A stretch of 64,000 nucleotides of DNA from the NCBI GenBank assembly GCA_050015075.1, contig JBEKCB010000013.1:1-64000 (forward strand). Direction: 5' to 3'. Source of the stretch: Candidatus Brocadiia bacterium. GTDB taxonomy: Bacteria; Planctomycetota; Brocadiia; CAIUPP01. How positions within the stretch are numbered: position 1 is the stretch's first letter; each line of letters begins with the position of its first letter. The notes below the pieces were generated by a model, which did not search any database, had not been told where the DNA came from, and saw only the letters and a program-made list of their open reading frames with translations. The position numbers and the translations under genes were made by a program. Below, piece by piece: positions 17,161-27,307 of this stretch.

Positions 17161-18090
17161 ATGGCGACCTTCGGCGCGTTCTCAGCGCCCGGCCGGTGGT
17201 TCCGCGGCAACTGCCACACGCACACGTTGCTGAGCGACGGCAGAGCGGGCGCCGCGCAGACCGCGCAGGCGTACCGGCGCGAGGGATACGATTTCGTGGT
17301 GCTGACCGATCACGGGCGCGCGCAGGAAACTCTCTCGGGCCTGGGCGACGACCGCTTCCTGGTCATCAACGGCATCGAGCTGCATCCGCCGGCGCCCGGA
17401 CGCCGGCGCGACGAGCCGTATCACATCGTCGGCATTGGCGTGGAGCGTTCGCCGGCGCCCGAGTGGGTGAAAAAGGCCACGGCGGCGTCGGTCATCCGCT
17501 GGATCGAGCGCGAAGGCGGCGTGCCGGTGTACGCCCATCCGTACTGGTGCGGGCATGACCTCGACCTGATGCGCCAGGGCAAGCGCGCCTTCGGCGTCGA
17601 GGTGTTCAACTCCGTGTGCGAGGCGATGGACGGCCTGGGCGATTCGAGCGTGCACTTCGACCAGGCGCTGTCGGCGGGCATCCGCTGGACGGCGTTCGCG
17701 GTGGACGACACGCACCGGCTCGCACGCGATGCCTTCGGCGGATGGATCATGGTCAAGGCGCGGGAGCTGACGCGGCGCGCCATCCTCGGCGCGATCCGCA
17801 AGGGGCATTTTTACGCCACGCAGGGGCCGGTGATCCGGTCGCTGCGCGTGAGCGGCGGGACCGTCCACTTGACCTGCTCGCCCGCGCGGAAGATCGTCTG
17901 GCACGCGGAAGGGCCTCACGGCGAGGTCCTCATCGCCAAGCGCGGGACGCGCAGCCGAGGCCGGTTCGCGCTCCAGCGCCTCGTCGGCCGCTCCAGATAC
18001 CTGCGCCTGGAAATCGTGGACGCCGCCGGCCGCAAGGCCTGGTGCAATCCCATCTGGCGCGCCGCCCGCGGCGGACGCTGGAGCGACTGA
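17161..18090 (+). CDS. PHP-domain metallohydrolase (CehA/McbA-like)
   Basis: GNCHTHTLLSDG, LTDH, AHPYW, EVFN and DDTH. Confidence 0.85.
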   Translation: MATFGAFSAPGRWFRGNCHTHTLLSDGRAGAAQTAQAYRREGYDFVVLTDHGRAQETLSGLGDDRFLVINGIELHPPAPGRRRDEPYHIVGIGVERSPAPEWVKKATAASVIRWIEREGGVPVYAHPYWCGHDLDLMRQGKRAFGVEVFNSVCEAMDGLGDSSVHFDQALSAGIRWTAFAVDDTHRLARDAFGGWIMVKARELTRRAILGAIRKGHFYATQGPVIRSLRVSGGTVHLTCSPARKIVWHAEGPHGEVLIAKRGTRSRGRFALQRLVGRSRYLRLEIVDAAGRKAWCNPIWRAARGGRWSD

Positions 18091-18306
18091 TCTCCGCACT
18101 CTTATCCATTCCTCACCACGACGGGCACGACGAGCGCGACAGGCACGACGAAAGGCCGATTCTAATTCTGCGCTCTACACTCCCGCCTTCGCTAAAGCTA
18201 CGGCGGGCAAGCCGCACTCAATTTGCCCTCCTTGACAGGCGCGCCGCCCGGCTCCTAAGATGTGCGCACGTCAAAGAAGTCCAGCACGTCGAACTCAGGA
18301 GCCCTC

Positions 18307-19020
18307 ATGGCGGCGCCGAAACTCAGCGTGGTGATCCCGGCGTATAACGAGGAAGAGTGCATCGGCGACTGCGTCCGCGAGGTCTGCTCGGTGATGGACC
18401 GGCTGGGACAGGCGTACGAGGTCGTCGTCGTGGATGACGGCAGCACCGACTCGACGCCCGAGCGGCTGCGCGCGCTCAGGCCGCAGTTCCCGGCGCTGCG
18501 CGTGGTGCGCATCCTGAAGAACTCCGGCGAGACGGCGGCCACCGACGCCGGCTTCCATGCCGCCCGCGGCGAGTTGATCGCCACGGTGGACGCCGACCTG
18601 CAGAACGATCCGGCGGACATCCCGAAAATGGTCGCGATGATGAACGACTGGGATGTCGTCTGCGGCGTGCGCACGAAGCGCGAGGACTCGTTCGTGCGGC
18701 GCGTCTCGTCGCGCGTGGCGAACTGGTCGCGCAACAAGCTCACGCGCGAGAGCATCACCGACGTCGGCTGCACGATGAAGGTCGTCCGCGCCTCCTACGC
18801 GAAAAAAGTGAAGCTCTTCACCGGCATGCACCGCTTCCTGCCGACGCTCCTGCGCATGGAAGGCGCGCGCGTGACGGAGATCCCCGTCAATCACCGGCCG
18901 CGCCTCAAGGGCCATTCCAAGTACGGCGTCTGGAACCGCGTGTTCCGCGGATTGTACGACCTGTTCGGCGTTCGGTGGATGCAATCACGCTGGCTGCGAT
19001 ACGAAAGCAGGGAGGAATGA
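18307..19020 (+). CDS. Glycosyltransferase family 2 (polyprenol-phosphate glycosyltransferase, ArnC/Dpm1-like)
   Basis: SVVIPAYNEE, VDDGSTD, DADLQNDP, HRFLP and SKYG. Upstream TTGACA-N18-TAAGAT at 18232-18261. Confidence 0.92.
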   Translation: MAAPKLSVVIPAYNEEECIGDCVREVCSVMDRLGQAYEVVVVDDGSTDSTPERLRALRPQFPALRVVRILKNSGETAATDAGFHAARGELIATVDADLQNDPADIPKMVAMMNDWDVVCGVRTKREDSFVRRVSSRVANWSRNKLTRESITDVGCTMKVVRASYAKKVKLFTGMHRFLPTLLRMEGARVTEIPVNHRPRLKGHSKYGVWNRVFRGLYDLFGVRWMQSRWLRYESREE

Positions 19021-19337
19021 GAGTGGACTGGGCAGCGATCTGGACCTGGCTTGGCCAGCAGTGGGGCTTGTGGAAGCTGATCGGCTACGCGGGCAATGCG
19101 GCGTTCGCCACGCGGTTCTTGATCCAATGGATCGCCTCCGAGCGCGCGGGGAAGAGCATCATCCCGGTGCAGTTCTGGTACATGAGCATCGTCGGCAGCG
19201 TCATCCTGGCGGTTTACGCCTTCCACACGGGCGACCTCGTGGTCATCTTCGCCTTCGCCCCGAACAGCCTGGTCTATATCCGCAACCTTATGCTGCTGCA
19301 CAAAGAGAAAAAAGCCAAACAGGCCGGCGCGGCGTGA
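19017..19337 (+). CDS. Lipid-A-disaccharide synthase N-terminal domain (LAB_N) membrane protein
   Basis: F.TRFLIQWIASERAGKS..P..FWY.S..G and YIRNL. Confidence 0.9.
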   Translation: MRVDWAAIWTWLGQQWGLWKLIGYAGNAAFATRFLIQWIASERAGKSIIPVQFWYMSIVGSVILAVYAFHTGDLVVIFAFAPNSLVYIRNLMLLHKEKKAKQAGAA

Positions 19338-19421
19338 AGACGAACGTCTTTGCCACGGATTGCACGGATTAACGACAGAGAGCGTCAAAGGGTTCACTGT
19401 TGACTTCTACGGCATAAGACC

Positions 19422-20894
19422 ATGCTGATAGATACCAAGTACCGCATTCCGGTCTACCTGAGCCTTCTTCTTTGCGCCATCCTGTGCCTCACGATGAATC
19501 TTTATGGCGTTACCCTGGATGAGCCGGTGTACCTAACTGCCGGGCGCACCTATATTGTATGGGCTGAGCATCCCATAAAGCATAATCTGGATTCCTACTG
19601 GATGTATGGCCAGGAGCATCCTTCTTTTGGAAAAGTTCTGGGCGGGCTCACTTGCTATATATTCCATGATAAGCTGGGCACAGTCGGCTTAGTCAAAGCT
19701 TTCAGGCTGCAGAACCTGATCTACTGTTTTGCGTTCTGTTTCATTATGTATTGGTGGATGCAGGAACTCACCAATAAATACATGGCGATTGCCGCTGTCC
19801 TCGTTGCGTGTTTTCTCCCCAGAATGTACTTCAGCGCGCACATCGGGATGCTGGATTATCCTGTCACGGTCCTGATCTTCCTGGCATCCTATGCGTTCTG
19901 GAAAGGCTTGAGCGATCCGAAGCATATCATTACCGCTTCCATCCTGACAGGGCTTGCATTAGTCACAAAAATCAACGGCGCTTTTCTATATGTCTTTCTC
20001 ATTTTCTGGCTGGTCATAGCCTGGAGAAAGGAGTTGAGGGACAGGCTGTGGTACATCTTGTCATTGATAGCTTTTCCGCCCGTCGTTTTTGTTTTATTGT
20101 GGCCCTGGTTGTGGCATCATCCTGTGGCGAGGATCCTCGGTTATTTCATTCGATTGAAGGATCATCGTCCTATACCGCTGTACTATCTGGGGCAGATATA
20201 TTATGGGAACAGCCCGTGGCACTATCCGTTTGTGCTAATGTTAGCCACGCTGCCTTGCATCATCCTGCTGGCGCTAGTGTACTATGGAGTGGCCGCGAGG
20301 AAGAGAGCGGTAGATTACTTCCTGATTGCCGGCGCCTTGATACCGCCGGCGGCGATCGCATTCTTTTCGCCTTGCAAGAACGACGGTGTAAGGCTGTTTC
20401 TGCCCGCGTTCCCCTTTATCGCCATGCTGGCATCGCTGGGAATCTATGAATTCTTCAAGAGATATACGCATACCAAGCTGGCAATATTCAGTGTCCTGTT
20501 ATGCCTTTCCATTGCATTCGCGATAGGCAAATATCACAGGTACCAGGAATGCTATTACAACGAGCTAGTCGCCGTCAGCCATACGGACGCGGCCTTCGAG
20601 ACCGAGTATGAGAACTGCGCCTACCAGGAGCTTGTACCGTGGCTGAATGAACATCCTCATATCAAGCTTTATGCGCCTGTTATGGGCGACCATCTGATGA
20701 TTCACCAGGCGCTGGGGACATTAAGCACGTCTGTCGAAGGCAGTGCCTACAAAGACGCAGACTATGTTGTCATACTTGCGAGAGAGGGCAGCTTTGACGA
20801 GGTCGCCTGGAGTTATTACTACTCGAACGAGACTCCAGTCTTCGCGATCAGGGAAGGGAACGGCATTCCGATACTAAGCGTTTATAAGAAGTAG
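19422..20894 (+). CDS. ArnT/PMT-family (GT-C) membrane glycosyltransferase
   Basis: TLDEPVY, EHP, many TM helices and RLFLPAFPF. Markedly AT-rich compared with the flanks. Confidence 0.82.
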   Translation: MLIDTKYRIPVYLSLLLCAILCLTMNLYGVTLDEPVYLTAGRTYIVWAEHPIKHNLDSYWMYGQEHPSFGKVLGGLTCYIFHDKLGTVGLVKAFRLQNLIYCFAFCFIMYWWMQELTNKYMAIAAVLVACFLPRMYFSAHIGMLDYPVTVLIFLASYAFWKGLSDPKHIITASILTGLALVTKINGAFLYVFLIFWLVIAWRKELRDRLWYILSLIAFPPVVFVLLWPWLWHHPVARILGYFIRLKDHRPIPLYYLGQIYYGNSPWHYPFVLMLATLPCIILLALVYYGVAARKRAVDYFLIAGALIPPAAIAFFSPCKNDGVRLFLPAFPFIAMLASLGIYEFFKRYTHTKLAIFSVLLCLSIAFAIGKYHRYQECYYNELVAVSHTDAAFETEYENCAYQELVPWLNEHPHIKLYAPVMGDHLMIHQALGTLSTSVEGSAYKDADYVVILAREGSFDEVAWSYYYSNETPVFAIREGNGIPILSVYKK

Positions 20895-20931
20895 GGAGGC
20901 GCGGAGCGGCGGAGTTCGGCGTCGCCCGGTT

Positions 20932-21090
20932 CTATGGCGTGACTTTGATCCAATCCAGCTTGCGCATGCACATGGGCAATGAGCGTCTGCCCAGGTGGTT
21001 TTTCAGGCACTCGCAGCAAATGCCGCGGCGCTCGCAGTCGGTGTTCGGACACGCGCACTTTTCCTTGTTGGCCTCGAGCGTACAGTCCAT
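20932..21090 (-). CDS. Small Cys-rich protein (DUF6485-like), 52 aa
   Basis: MDCTLEANKEKCACPNTDCERRGICCECLKNHLGRRSLPMCMRKLDWIKVTP. AAGGAAG RBS and a minus-strand promoter TTGTAA-N17-TATACT at 21162-21190. Absent from the ORF track. Confidence 0.8.
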   Translation of the reverse strand: MDCTLEANKEKCACPNTDCERRGICCECLKNHLGRRSLPMCMRKLDWIKVTP

Positions 21091-21204
21091 GTAATGACTT
21101 CCTTTGCCTGCTCAAAGAATCGGAATTCGCCCGCCGACGCGCTGAGACCGACAACAAGTCCAGTATAAACCCCGACGCGATTTTTTACAAGACCCGCGCG
21201 CAGG

Positions 21205-22521
21205 CTACGGCCGGCCGATGGCCAGGTAGAACAGCCCGGCCTTTTCGACCTGCTCCGCCTTCCAGAAATTGCGGCCGTCGAGGACGGCTTTCAGGCCGAG
21301 GGCGGCGAGTTTCTTGAAGTCGAGGTCCGCGTACGCGGCGTGGGCGGTGTTGAGGATCAGGAGTTCGTGCATCGGGCTTTCCTCCCGGCTCAGGGTTTTC
21401 CATCGGGCGCCTTTGACGGCAAACGCGCCGGGGCTGAAGCCGCGGTTCCTGATCTCGTCGGGCGTGTAGAGCGGGTCGTGGAGTTCCACGCGCGCGCGAC
21501 GGCGGGCGAGTTCGGCGGCCAGGGTGTAGGCAGGCGAGCAGGCGTCTTCCTTGACCTGCGGGCGGAACCCGAGGCCGAGGATCAACACGCGCTTGCCGCG
21601 GACCGGCTGCCATTCGCGCTCGAGGCGGTCGAGGACTTTTGCGGGTTGCTGGTCGTTGAGGAGCCGGCCGAGTTCGGCGAGCGGGGCGTGAACGCCGAAA
21701 CGCTCGCTCTCCTGGAAAAGGAAGTGCGGATAAACCGGGGTGCAGTGTCCGCCGACGCCGATGCCGGCGTGCAGGAGGCTGGCTTCGCCGTCGTTGTTGG
21801 CGGCCTGGACGACGGTCGGGAAGTCGATCCCGGCGGCTTCGCAATACCGCGCCAGCTCGTTGGCGAGGGCGATGTTGACGTCGCGGTAGACCATTCCGGC
21901 GAGCTTGACCATCTCGGCGGTCTCGAGGGCGCCGACGTTGATGACCGGCGCGCCGAGGTACTCTCCATAAAACGCCGCCGCGCGCGCGGCCGCTTCGGGG
22001 GTGAGGCCGCCGACGATCTTCGGGTTCTTCGTCAATCGCTCGATGACGAGCTGGCTCTTGACGCGCTCAGGCGAGAAGACGAGGTCGAAGTCCCGCCCGC
22101 CGCGGAGCCCGCCGGATTCGAGGATCGGCAGCAGCGCGCGCGTGCCGCCGATGGGCAGCGTGGTTTCGTAAGAGACCATCGTTCCGGGCCGCAGGCGCAG
22201 GGCGATCTGGCGGGTGACGCTTTCGATGATGCGCGTGTCGGCCTTCTTCTCGAGCGTGAGGAGGACCGGCACGATGACGACGACGGCTTCGCTCTGCGCG
22301 ACCGCTTCAGGCGTGTCGGTGGTGGCGCTGAGCCGGCCGGCCTGGACGGCGCGCTGGAGGATGTCCTGGACGCCGGGTTCGTCAATCGGCGATCGGCCGG
22401 AGTTGATGGCCTCGACGACCTGGGGATTGGCGTCGCAGGCGATGACCCGGCCGCCGCGGTCGGCGAAGACGCAGGCGAGCGGCAGGCCCATCTTTCCGGC
22501 GCCGATGAGGGCGATGTTCAT
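21205..22521 (-). CDS. Nucleotide-sugar 6-dehydrogenase (WbpA/WecC-like)
   Basis: [20 protein letters not shown], catalytic GVGGHC and LGLGFR. Confidence 0.9.
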   Translation of the reverse strand: MNIALIGAGKMGLPLACVFADRGGRVIACDANPQVVEAINSGRSPIDEPGVQDILQRAVQAGRLSATTDTPEAVAQSEAVVVIVPVLLTLEKKADTRIIESVTRQIALRLRPGTMVSYETTLPIGGTRALLPILESGGLRGGRDFDLVFSPERVKSQLVIERLTKNPKIVGGLTPEAAARAAAFYGEYLGAPVINVGALETAEMVKLAGMVYRDVNIALANELARYCEAAGIDFPTVVQAANNDGEASLLHAGIGVGGHCTPVYPHFLFQESERFGVHAPLAELGRLLNDQQPAKVLDRLEREWQPVRGKRVLILGLGFRPQVKEDACSPAYTLAAELARRRARVELHDPLYTPDEIRNRGFSPGAFAVKGARWKTLSREESPMHELLILNTAHAAYADLDFKKLAALGLKAVLDGRNFWKAEQVEKAGLFYLAIGRP

Positions 22522-22581
22522 AAAAGCTCTTTTCAAGTCAGAAGTATGAATGAGCACTTCATCACTCATCACTCTGACTTC

Positions 22582-23685
22582 TTACTTTCTTCCGCTTTCT
22601 TTCCGCACCGCTTCGCAGACTGTGCGGACCTGCTCTTCGGTCAATTCGGCGAACAGCGGCAGCGACAGGGTTTCCCTGGCGGCGCGCTCGGCCTCGGGGA
22701 AATCGCCCTCTTTATATCCCAGGTCGGCGTGCGCTTTGACGAGATGGATCGGGATCGGGTAGTGGATTCCGGAGTCCACGCCGTCGTTGTGGAGCGCCTC
22801 CTTGAGCGCGTCGCGGCGCTGCGCGCGGACGGCGTAGACGTGATAGACATGCCGCGCGTACGGCATTTCGACGGGCGGCTCGACGCCGGAGCCGGCGAGG
22901 AGTTTTCCATACTGCGCGGCGCGCGCGCGGCGGGCCTCGGTCCACGCGGGCAGGTGGCGCAGCTTGACGCGCAGGACGGCGCCCTGGAAACCTTCCATGC
23001 GGTAATTGAAGCCTTTGAGGACGTGCTGGTACTTCGCCTCCGCGCCCCAGTCGCGGAGCATGCGCAGCGTGCGGAGGAATTCCGGGTTGCCGGTGGTCAC
23101 CATGCCGGCCTCGCCGCACGCGCCCAGGTTCTTGCTGGGATAGAAACTGAAACAGCCGAGGTCGCCCAGGCTGCCGCAGCGGCGGCCTTTGTACTCGGCG
23201 CCGTGGGCCTGCGCGGCGTCCTCGATGACGGCCAGGCGGCGCTTGCGCGCGATGGCGAGGATCGGGTCCATGTCCGCGGGCTGGCCGTAGAGGTGCACGG
23301 GGATGATCGCCTTCGTGCGCGGCGTGATGGCGGCCTCCAGGCGCGCGGGATCCATCGTGTAAGTGCGCGGGTCAATGTCCACCAGCCGCGCGCGCGCGCC
23401 CGTATAGCCGATCGCCGCCACGGTGGCGACGAAGGTGAAGGGCACGGTGATGACCTCGTCGCCGGGCCCGACCCCGGCGGCGAGCAGCGCCAGGTGCAGC
23501 GCGCTGGTGCCGGAGTTGACCGCGACGCCGTGTTTGACAGAGCAGTACGCGGCGAATTCCTCCTCGAACGCGGCGACCTCGCTGCCGAGCGCGAACTGGC
23601 AGGAGTCGAGGACGCGGGCCAGCGCGGCGTCGAGTTCGGCGCGGATGGCCTGGTGCTGGAGCTTGAGGTTCACGAGCGGGATCAC
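22582..23685 (-). CDS. DegT/DnrJ/EryC1/StrS sugar aminotransferase (WbpE-like)
   Basis: NSGTSAL, PVHLYGQ, EDAAQAHGA and FSFYPSKNLG. Confidence 0.95.
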   Translation of the reverse strand: MIPLVNLKLQHQAIRAELDAALARVLDSCQFALGSEVAAFEEEFAAYCSVKHGVAVNSGTSALHLALLAAGVGPGDEVITVPFTFVATVAAIGYTGARARLVDIDPRTYTMDPARLEAAITPRTKAIIPVHLYGQPADMDPILAIARKRRLAVIEDAAQAHGAEYKGRRCGSLGDLGCFSFYPSKNLGACGEAGMVTTGNPEFLRTLRMLRDWGAEAKYQHVLKGFNYRMEGFQGAVLRVKLRHLPAWTEARRARAAQYGKLLAGSGVEPPVEMPYARHVYHVYAVRAQRRDALKEALHNDGVDSGIHYPIPIHLVKAHADLGYKEGDFPEAERAARETLSLPLFAELTEEQVRTVCEAVRKESGRK

Positions 23686-23688
23686 GCG

Positions 23689-24708
23689 TCAGGCCTCCTT
23701 CTGGATTTGGACGGGCCGGCCGCGGTCCTTGATGGACTCGGTGGCGGCCTCGAGGATGCGGACGATGCGCAGGCCGGCGTGGGCGTCGGTGAGCGGGCGC
23801 TCGCCGGTCTCGATGCAGCGGATGAAGTGCGCCGCCTCGGCGGCCAGCGCCTCCTTGCCGTCGAGCCGCGGCGCCCACATGTCGCCGGTGCGGTAGCCGA
23901 TGCGCACGCGATAGAGGTTCTCCGTGTCGTCGGCGACCGTCACGCCGCGGTCGTAGACTTTGACTTTTTCGCTCGGCTCGAGGTCGTCGTAGACGATCAT
24001 CTTCTTGCTGCCGCCGATCAGCGTCCGGCGCACCTTGACCGGCGCGAGCCAGTTGACGTGGATGTGCGCGATCAGGTCGGTCGGGAAGAAGAGCGTCAGG
24101 TACGCCACGTTCTCCGGCGCGCGCGCCACGTGGCTCATGCCCTCGGCCGACACCGCCGACGGCACTTGCCCGAGCACGTAGTCCATGATCGCCAGGTCGT
24201 GGACGGCCAGGTCCCAGATCACGTTCACGTCGTGCTGGAACAGGCCGAGATTGATACGGACGGAGTCGTAGTAATAGATGTCGCCGAGGTCGCCGGCCAC
24301 GACCAGGTCGCGGATTTTCCGCACCGCGCCGGTGAAGACGAACGTGTGGTCCACCATGAGGACGCGCTTGCAGCGGGCGGCCTCGTCAATGAGGCGACGG
24401 GCCTGGCCCGAAGTCGCCGTGAGCGGCTTCTCGACGAGCACGTGCTTGCCCGCCGCGAGCGCCTTCATGGCGAGGTCGAAGTGGGACGAGACGGAGGTCG
24501 CCACCGCGATGGCGTCCACGGCCGGGTTGGCCAGCAATTCGTCCACGTTCTGCGTCGTGCGGATCGCCGGGTAGCGCGCGCGCACCAGCGCCAGGCGTTC
24601 GGGGCGCAGGTCGCTCACGGCGACGACCTCCGAGCCGGGCGTCTCCGCGAAGTTCCGCACCAGGTTCGGTCCCCAATAGCCGTAACCGATCACCCCGACT
24701 CGAACCAT
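23689..24708 (-). CDS. Gfo/Idh/MocA oxidoreductase (sugar 3-dehydrogenase, WbpB/GnnA-like)
   Basis: GYGYWGPNL, VEKP and WDLAVHD. Confidence 0.92.
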   Translation of the reverse strand: MVRVGVIGYGYWGPNLVRNFAETPGSEVVAVSDLRPERLALVRARYPAIRTTQNVDELLANPAVDAIAVATSVSSHFDLAMKALAAGKHVLVEKPLTATSGQARRLIDEAARCKRVLMVDHTFVFTGAVRKIRDLVVAGDLGDIYYYDSVRINLGLFQHDVNVIWDLAVHDLAIMDYVLGQVPSAVSAEGMSHVARAPENVAYLTLFFPTDLIAHIHVNWLAPVKVRRTLIGGSKKMIVYDDLEPSEKVKVYDRGVTVADDTENLYRVRIGYRTGDMWAPRLDGKEALAAEAAHFIRCIETGERPLTDAHAGLRIVRILEAATESIKDRGRPVQIQKEA

Positions 24709-24847
24709 AACCGCCTCTCCTCAAATCCCTCATCTGTAAACGCAACGACGACTCTCACCACGACGACACGACGGGCACGACGTACGGAAAGGCAGATTAA
24801 CAATTCCAAGCTGTACGTCGTGCACGTTGTGTCGTCGTGGTGAAGAA

Positions 24848-25321
24848 TTATTTGCGCTCGCGCATGTCGCCTCGCAGGCGGCCCGGCACGCCGACCACAA
24901 TCGCGTGAGCGGGCACGTCGCGCGTCACTACCGCGCCGGCGCCGATCATCGCCTCCTCGCCGATCGTCACGCCGCACAAAATCACTGCGCCGCTGCCGAT
25001 CGAAGCGCCGCGTTTCACGCGCGTCGGCGCCACCGCCCAGTCTGACTCCGTCTGCAATCGGCCGCCCGCGGTCGCGCGGGGATAGCGGTCATTGATGAAC
25101 ATAACCCCGTGTCCGACAAATACTTCCGCCTCAAGGACTACTCCCTCGCAGAGAAAGCTGTGCGACGAGATTTTGCATCGCGGACCGACGGCCGCGTTTT
25201 TCTGGATTTCCACGAACGCCCCGATTTTCGTCTCGTCGCCGATCGTGCAGCCGTAGAGGTTGACGAGGTCCGGCTGCCGGATCGCCACATCCTTGCCCAG
25301 CTTCACATCCGGCGCGATCAT
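24848..25321 (-). CDS. Hexapeptide-repeat N-acyltransferase (WbpD-like)
   Basis: IGAFVEIQK, KISSHSFLCEGV, FINDRYP and GASIGSGA. Confidence 0.92.
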   Translation of the reverse strand: MIAPDVKLGKDVAIRQPDLVNLYGCTIGDETKIGAFVEIQKNAAVGPRCKISSHSFLCEGVVLEAEVFVGHGVMFINDRYPRATAGGRLQTESDWAVAPTRVKRGASIGSGAVILCGVTIGEEAMIGAGAVVTRDVPAHAIVVGVPGRLRGDMRERK

Positions 25322-25528
25322 GTCACTCAACCTCGGAAACGGTAATTCATTTTGACCGCGAAAACGCGAAAGCGCGAAAACGGAAACGAATGTGGAACCA
25401 CAGATGGACACAGAGCGATAGCGCGAGCTGGCGAGCGCTGCCTATCGCCACAGATACGGACTAATCCGTTTTTCTTATCTGTGCCCATCTGTGTTCATCT
25501 GTGGTTCAAGCTTTGCCGTGGTTTAAAC

Positions 25529-26485
25529 TCAGCCGTCGCGCATCGTCTTGCGGTACCACTCTACGAACAGCGGCACGCCGCTCTCGATCGGGAAGCTGGG
25601 GTTGTAGCCCAGCAGCCGGCGCGCCTTCTCGATGTTCGCGAACGTAATCGGCACGTCGCCCGGCGCCGGCGGCAGGCGGTTGATCTGCGGCGTCTTGCCC
25701 GTCGCCTGGGCGATCAGCTCGATCAGGCGGCGCAGCTCCACCGTGCGCGACTCGCCGAGGTTCACGATCTCGAAGCCGAACTCCGCCCGCACCGCGCCGA
25801 CGATGCCCGAGACGATGTCCTCCACGAAAGTGTAATCGCGCCGGCTCGACCCGTCGCCGAACACATCAATCGGCCGCCCGTGCACCATCGCGTCGGTGAA
25901 CAGGAACACCGCCATATCCGGCCGGCCGCGCGGGCCGTACACCGTGAAGAACCGCAGGCACATCACCGGCAGCCCGTAAATCTCGTGCCAGGCGCGGCAG
26001 AGCAGCTCCGCCGCCCGCTTGGACGCCGCGTAGGGCGAAACCTGCGCGTCCGCCGGGTCATCTTCGGTGAACGGGATCCGCTTCGTCGCCCCATACGCGG
26101 AACTCGTCGAGCCGAAGATGAACCGCTTCACCCCGTTCTTCCGGGCCAGTTCCAGCAGCGCCGTCGTGCCGCCGCAATTGACCCGCTCGTAGAGCAGGGG
26201 ATGCTGCAGCGAATGCCGCACGCCCGCGCGCGCCGCCAGGTGCACGATCGTCTCGATCCGCTCCTTGCGGAAAATCTCCTCGCCGAGGGCCACGTCGCAG
26301 ATATCGCCCGAGTACAGCCGGATCTCCTTCCGCTCCAACAGCGGCGCGATATTGGCGCGCTTGCGGCGGGGATCGTAGTAATCGTTGAAATCGTCCCAGC
26401 AGACCGCATCGGCGCCTTCCGCGACGAGCCGATCCAGCAGCGTCGAGCCGATAAACCCCGCTCCGCCCGTCACCAGGATCGCCAT
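25529..26485 (-). CDS. NAD-dependent epimerase (UDP-glucuronate 4-epimerase-like)
   Basis: TGGAGFIG, HLAARAGVR, YAASK and RFFTVYGPRGRPDMA. GGAGG RBS. Confidence 0.93.
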   Translation of the reverse strand: MAILVTGGAGFIGSTLLDRLVAEGADAVCWDDFNDYYDPRRKRANIAPLLERKEIRLYSGDICDVALGEEIFRKERIETIVHLAARAGVRHSLQHPLLYERVNCGGTTALLELARKNGVKRFIFGSTSSAYGATKRIPFTEDDPADAQVSPYAASKRAAELLCRAWHEIYGLPVMCLRFFTVYGPRGRPDMAVFLFTDAMVHGRPIDVFGDGSSRRDYTFVEDIVSGIVGAVRAEFGFEIVNLGESRTVELRRLIELIAQATGKTPQINRLPPAPGDVPITFANIEKARRLLGYNPSFPIESGVPLFVEWYRKTMRDG

Positions 26486-26745
26486 GAAACCTCCGTCAAA
26501 GCGGTTTTCAGCCGCGAAGCTGAGAGCCGACCGCTTCATTCTACTATCTTCTGGATTCTATCTCCTGTCGTTCGGAGATAACACCACAACCGGCAGTTGT
26601 TGTCAAGAATGCCCTTCCGACGCGGCAGGCCGACGGCAAAGAAAATTTGGAGATTCATGGAAGGGCGTTCCCTCTCGCTCGACTTGGTGCTATATTTTTC
26701 TCGCCGAATAGATGGATTTCCCAGCCGCGCGACTCTATCTGGGTG

Positions 26746-27306
26746 ATGGAAGTGATCGGCGCCGACCAGGATGACGGAGCCAGCCCTTTGCTGGAGCGAT
26801 TAGCGGAAGGCGATCCTTCCGCCCTGGAGATGCTCTATGACAAGTTTGCGCCGCAGCTTTACGGATATGCCTTGGGGATGCTGGGCCGGCCGGAGGCGGC
26901 TGAAGATGGATTGCAGGAGCTTTTTCTCAACCTGGCGCGCTCGCGCGGCAAGCTCGGACACGTCCGTTCCGTCCGGGCGTACCTCTTCGTCATGCTTCGG
27001 AATGCGATCTGGCGACGCTTGCGCCGCAACGCAGCGGGTGAATTCAGCGTTGATCCGGCCGCGATCTTCCAACGGCCCGGACCGCCTGGGTTGCCTGAAG
27101 GCGCGGCCGCAGACATTGAATCCGCTCTGGCCAGGCTGCCGGCGGAGCAGAAGGAAGTGATTTTGCTGAAGGTTTACCAGGACATGACGTTCCCTGAAAT
27201 CGCGGATGTGACCGGCGTCTCGGCGAATACGGCGACCAGCCGGTACCGCTATGCGCTCGACAAACTCCGGGCGCTTCTGCCGCCGGATTTGCTGCAGGAG
27301 AGATGA
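26746..27306 (+). CDS. ECF (group 4) RNA polymerase sigma factor
   Basis: AAEDGLQELF in region 2 and LPAEQKEVILLK..MTFPEIA..S.NTATSRYRYA in region 4. Confidence 0.92.
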   Translation: MEVIGADQDDGASPLLERLAEGDPSALEMLYDKFAPQLYGYALGMLGRPEAAEDGLQELFLNLARSRGKLGHVRSVRAYLFVMLRNAIWRRLRRNAAGEFSVDPAAIFQRPGPPGLPEGAAADIESALARLPAEQKEVILLKVYQDMTFPEIADVTGVSANTATSRYRYALDKLRALLPPDLLQER

Positions 27307-27307
27307 C

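Noticed and set aside
21340-24843. 1167-aa plus-strand ORF, and similar long ORFs at 697-3081, 56523-58763 and 58967-61189
   Set aside because: Antisense shadows of well-supported genes, as expected at high GC. They carry no motifs.
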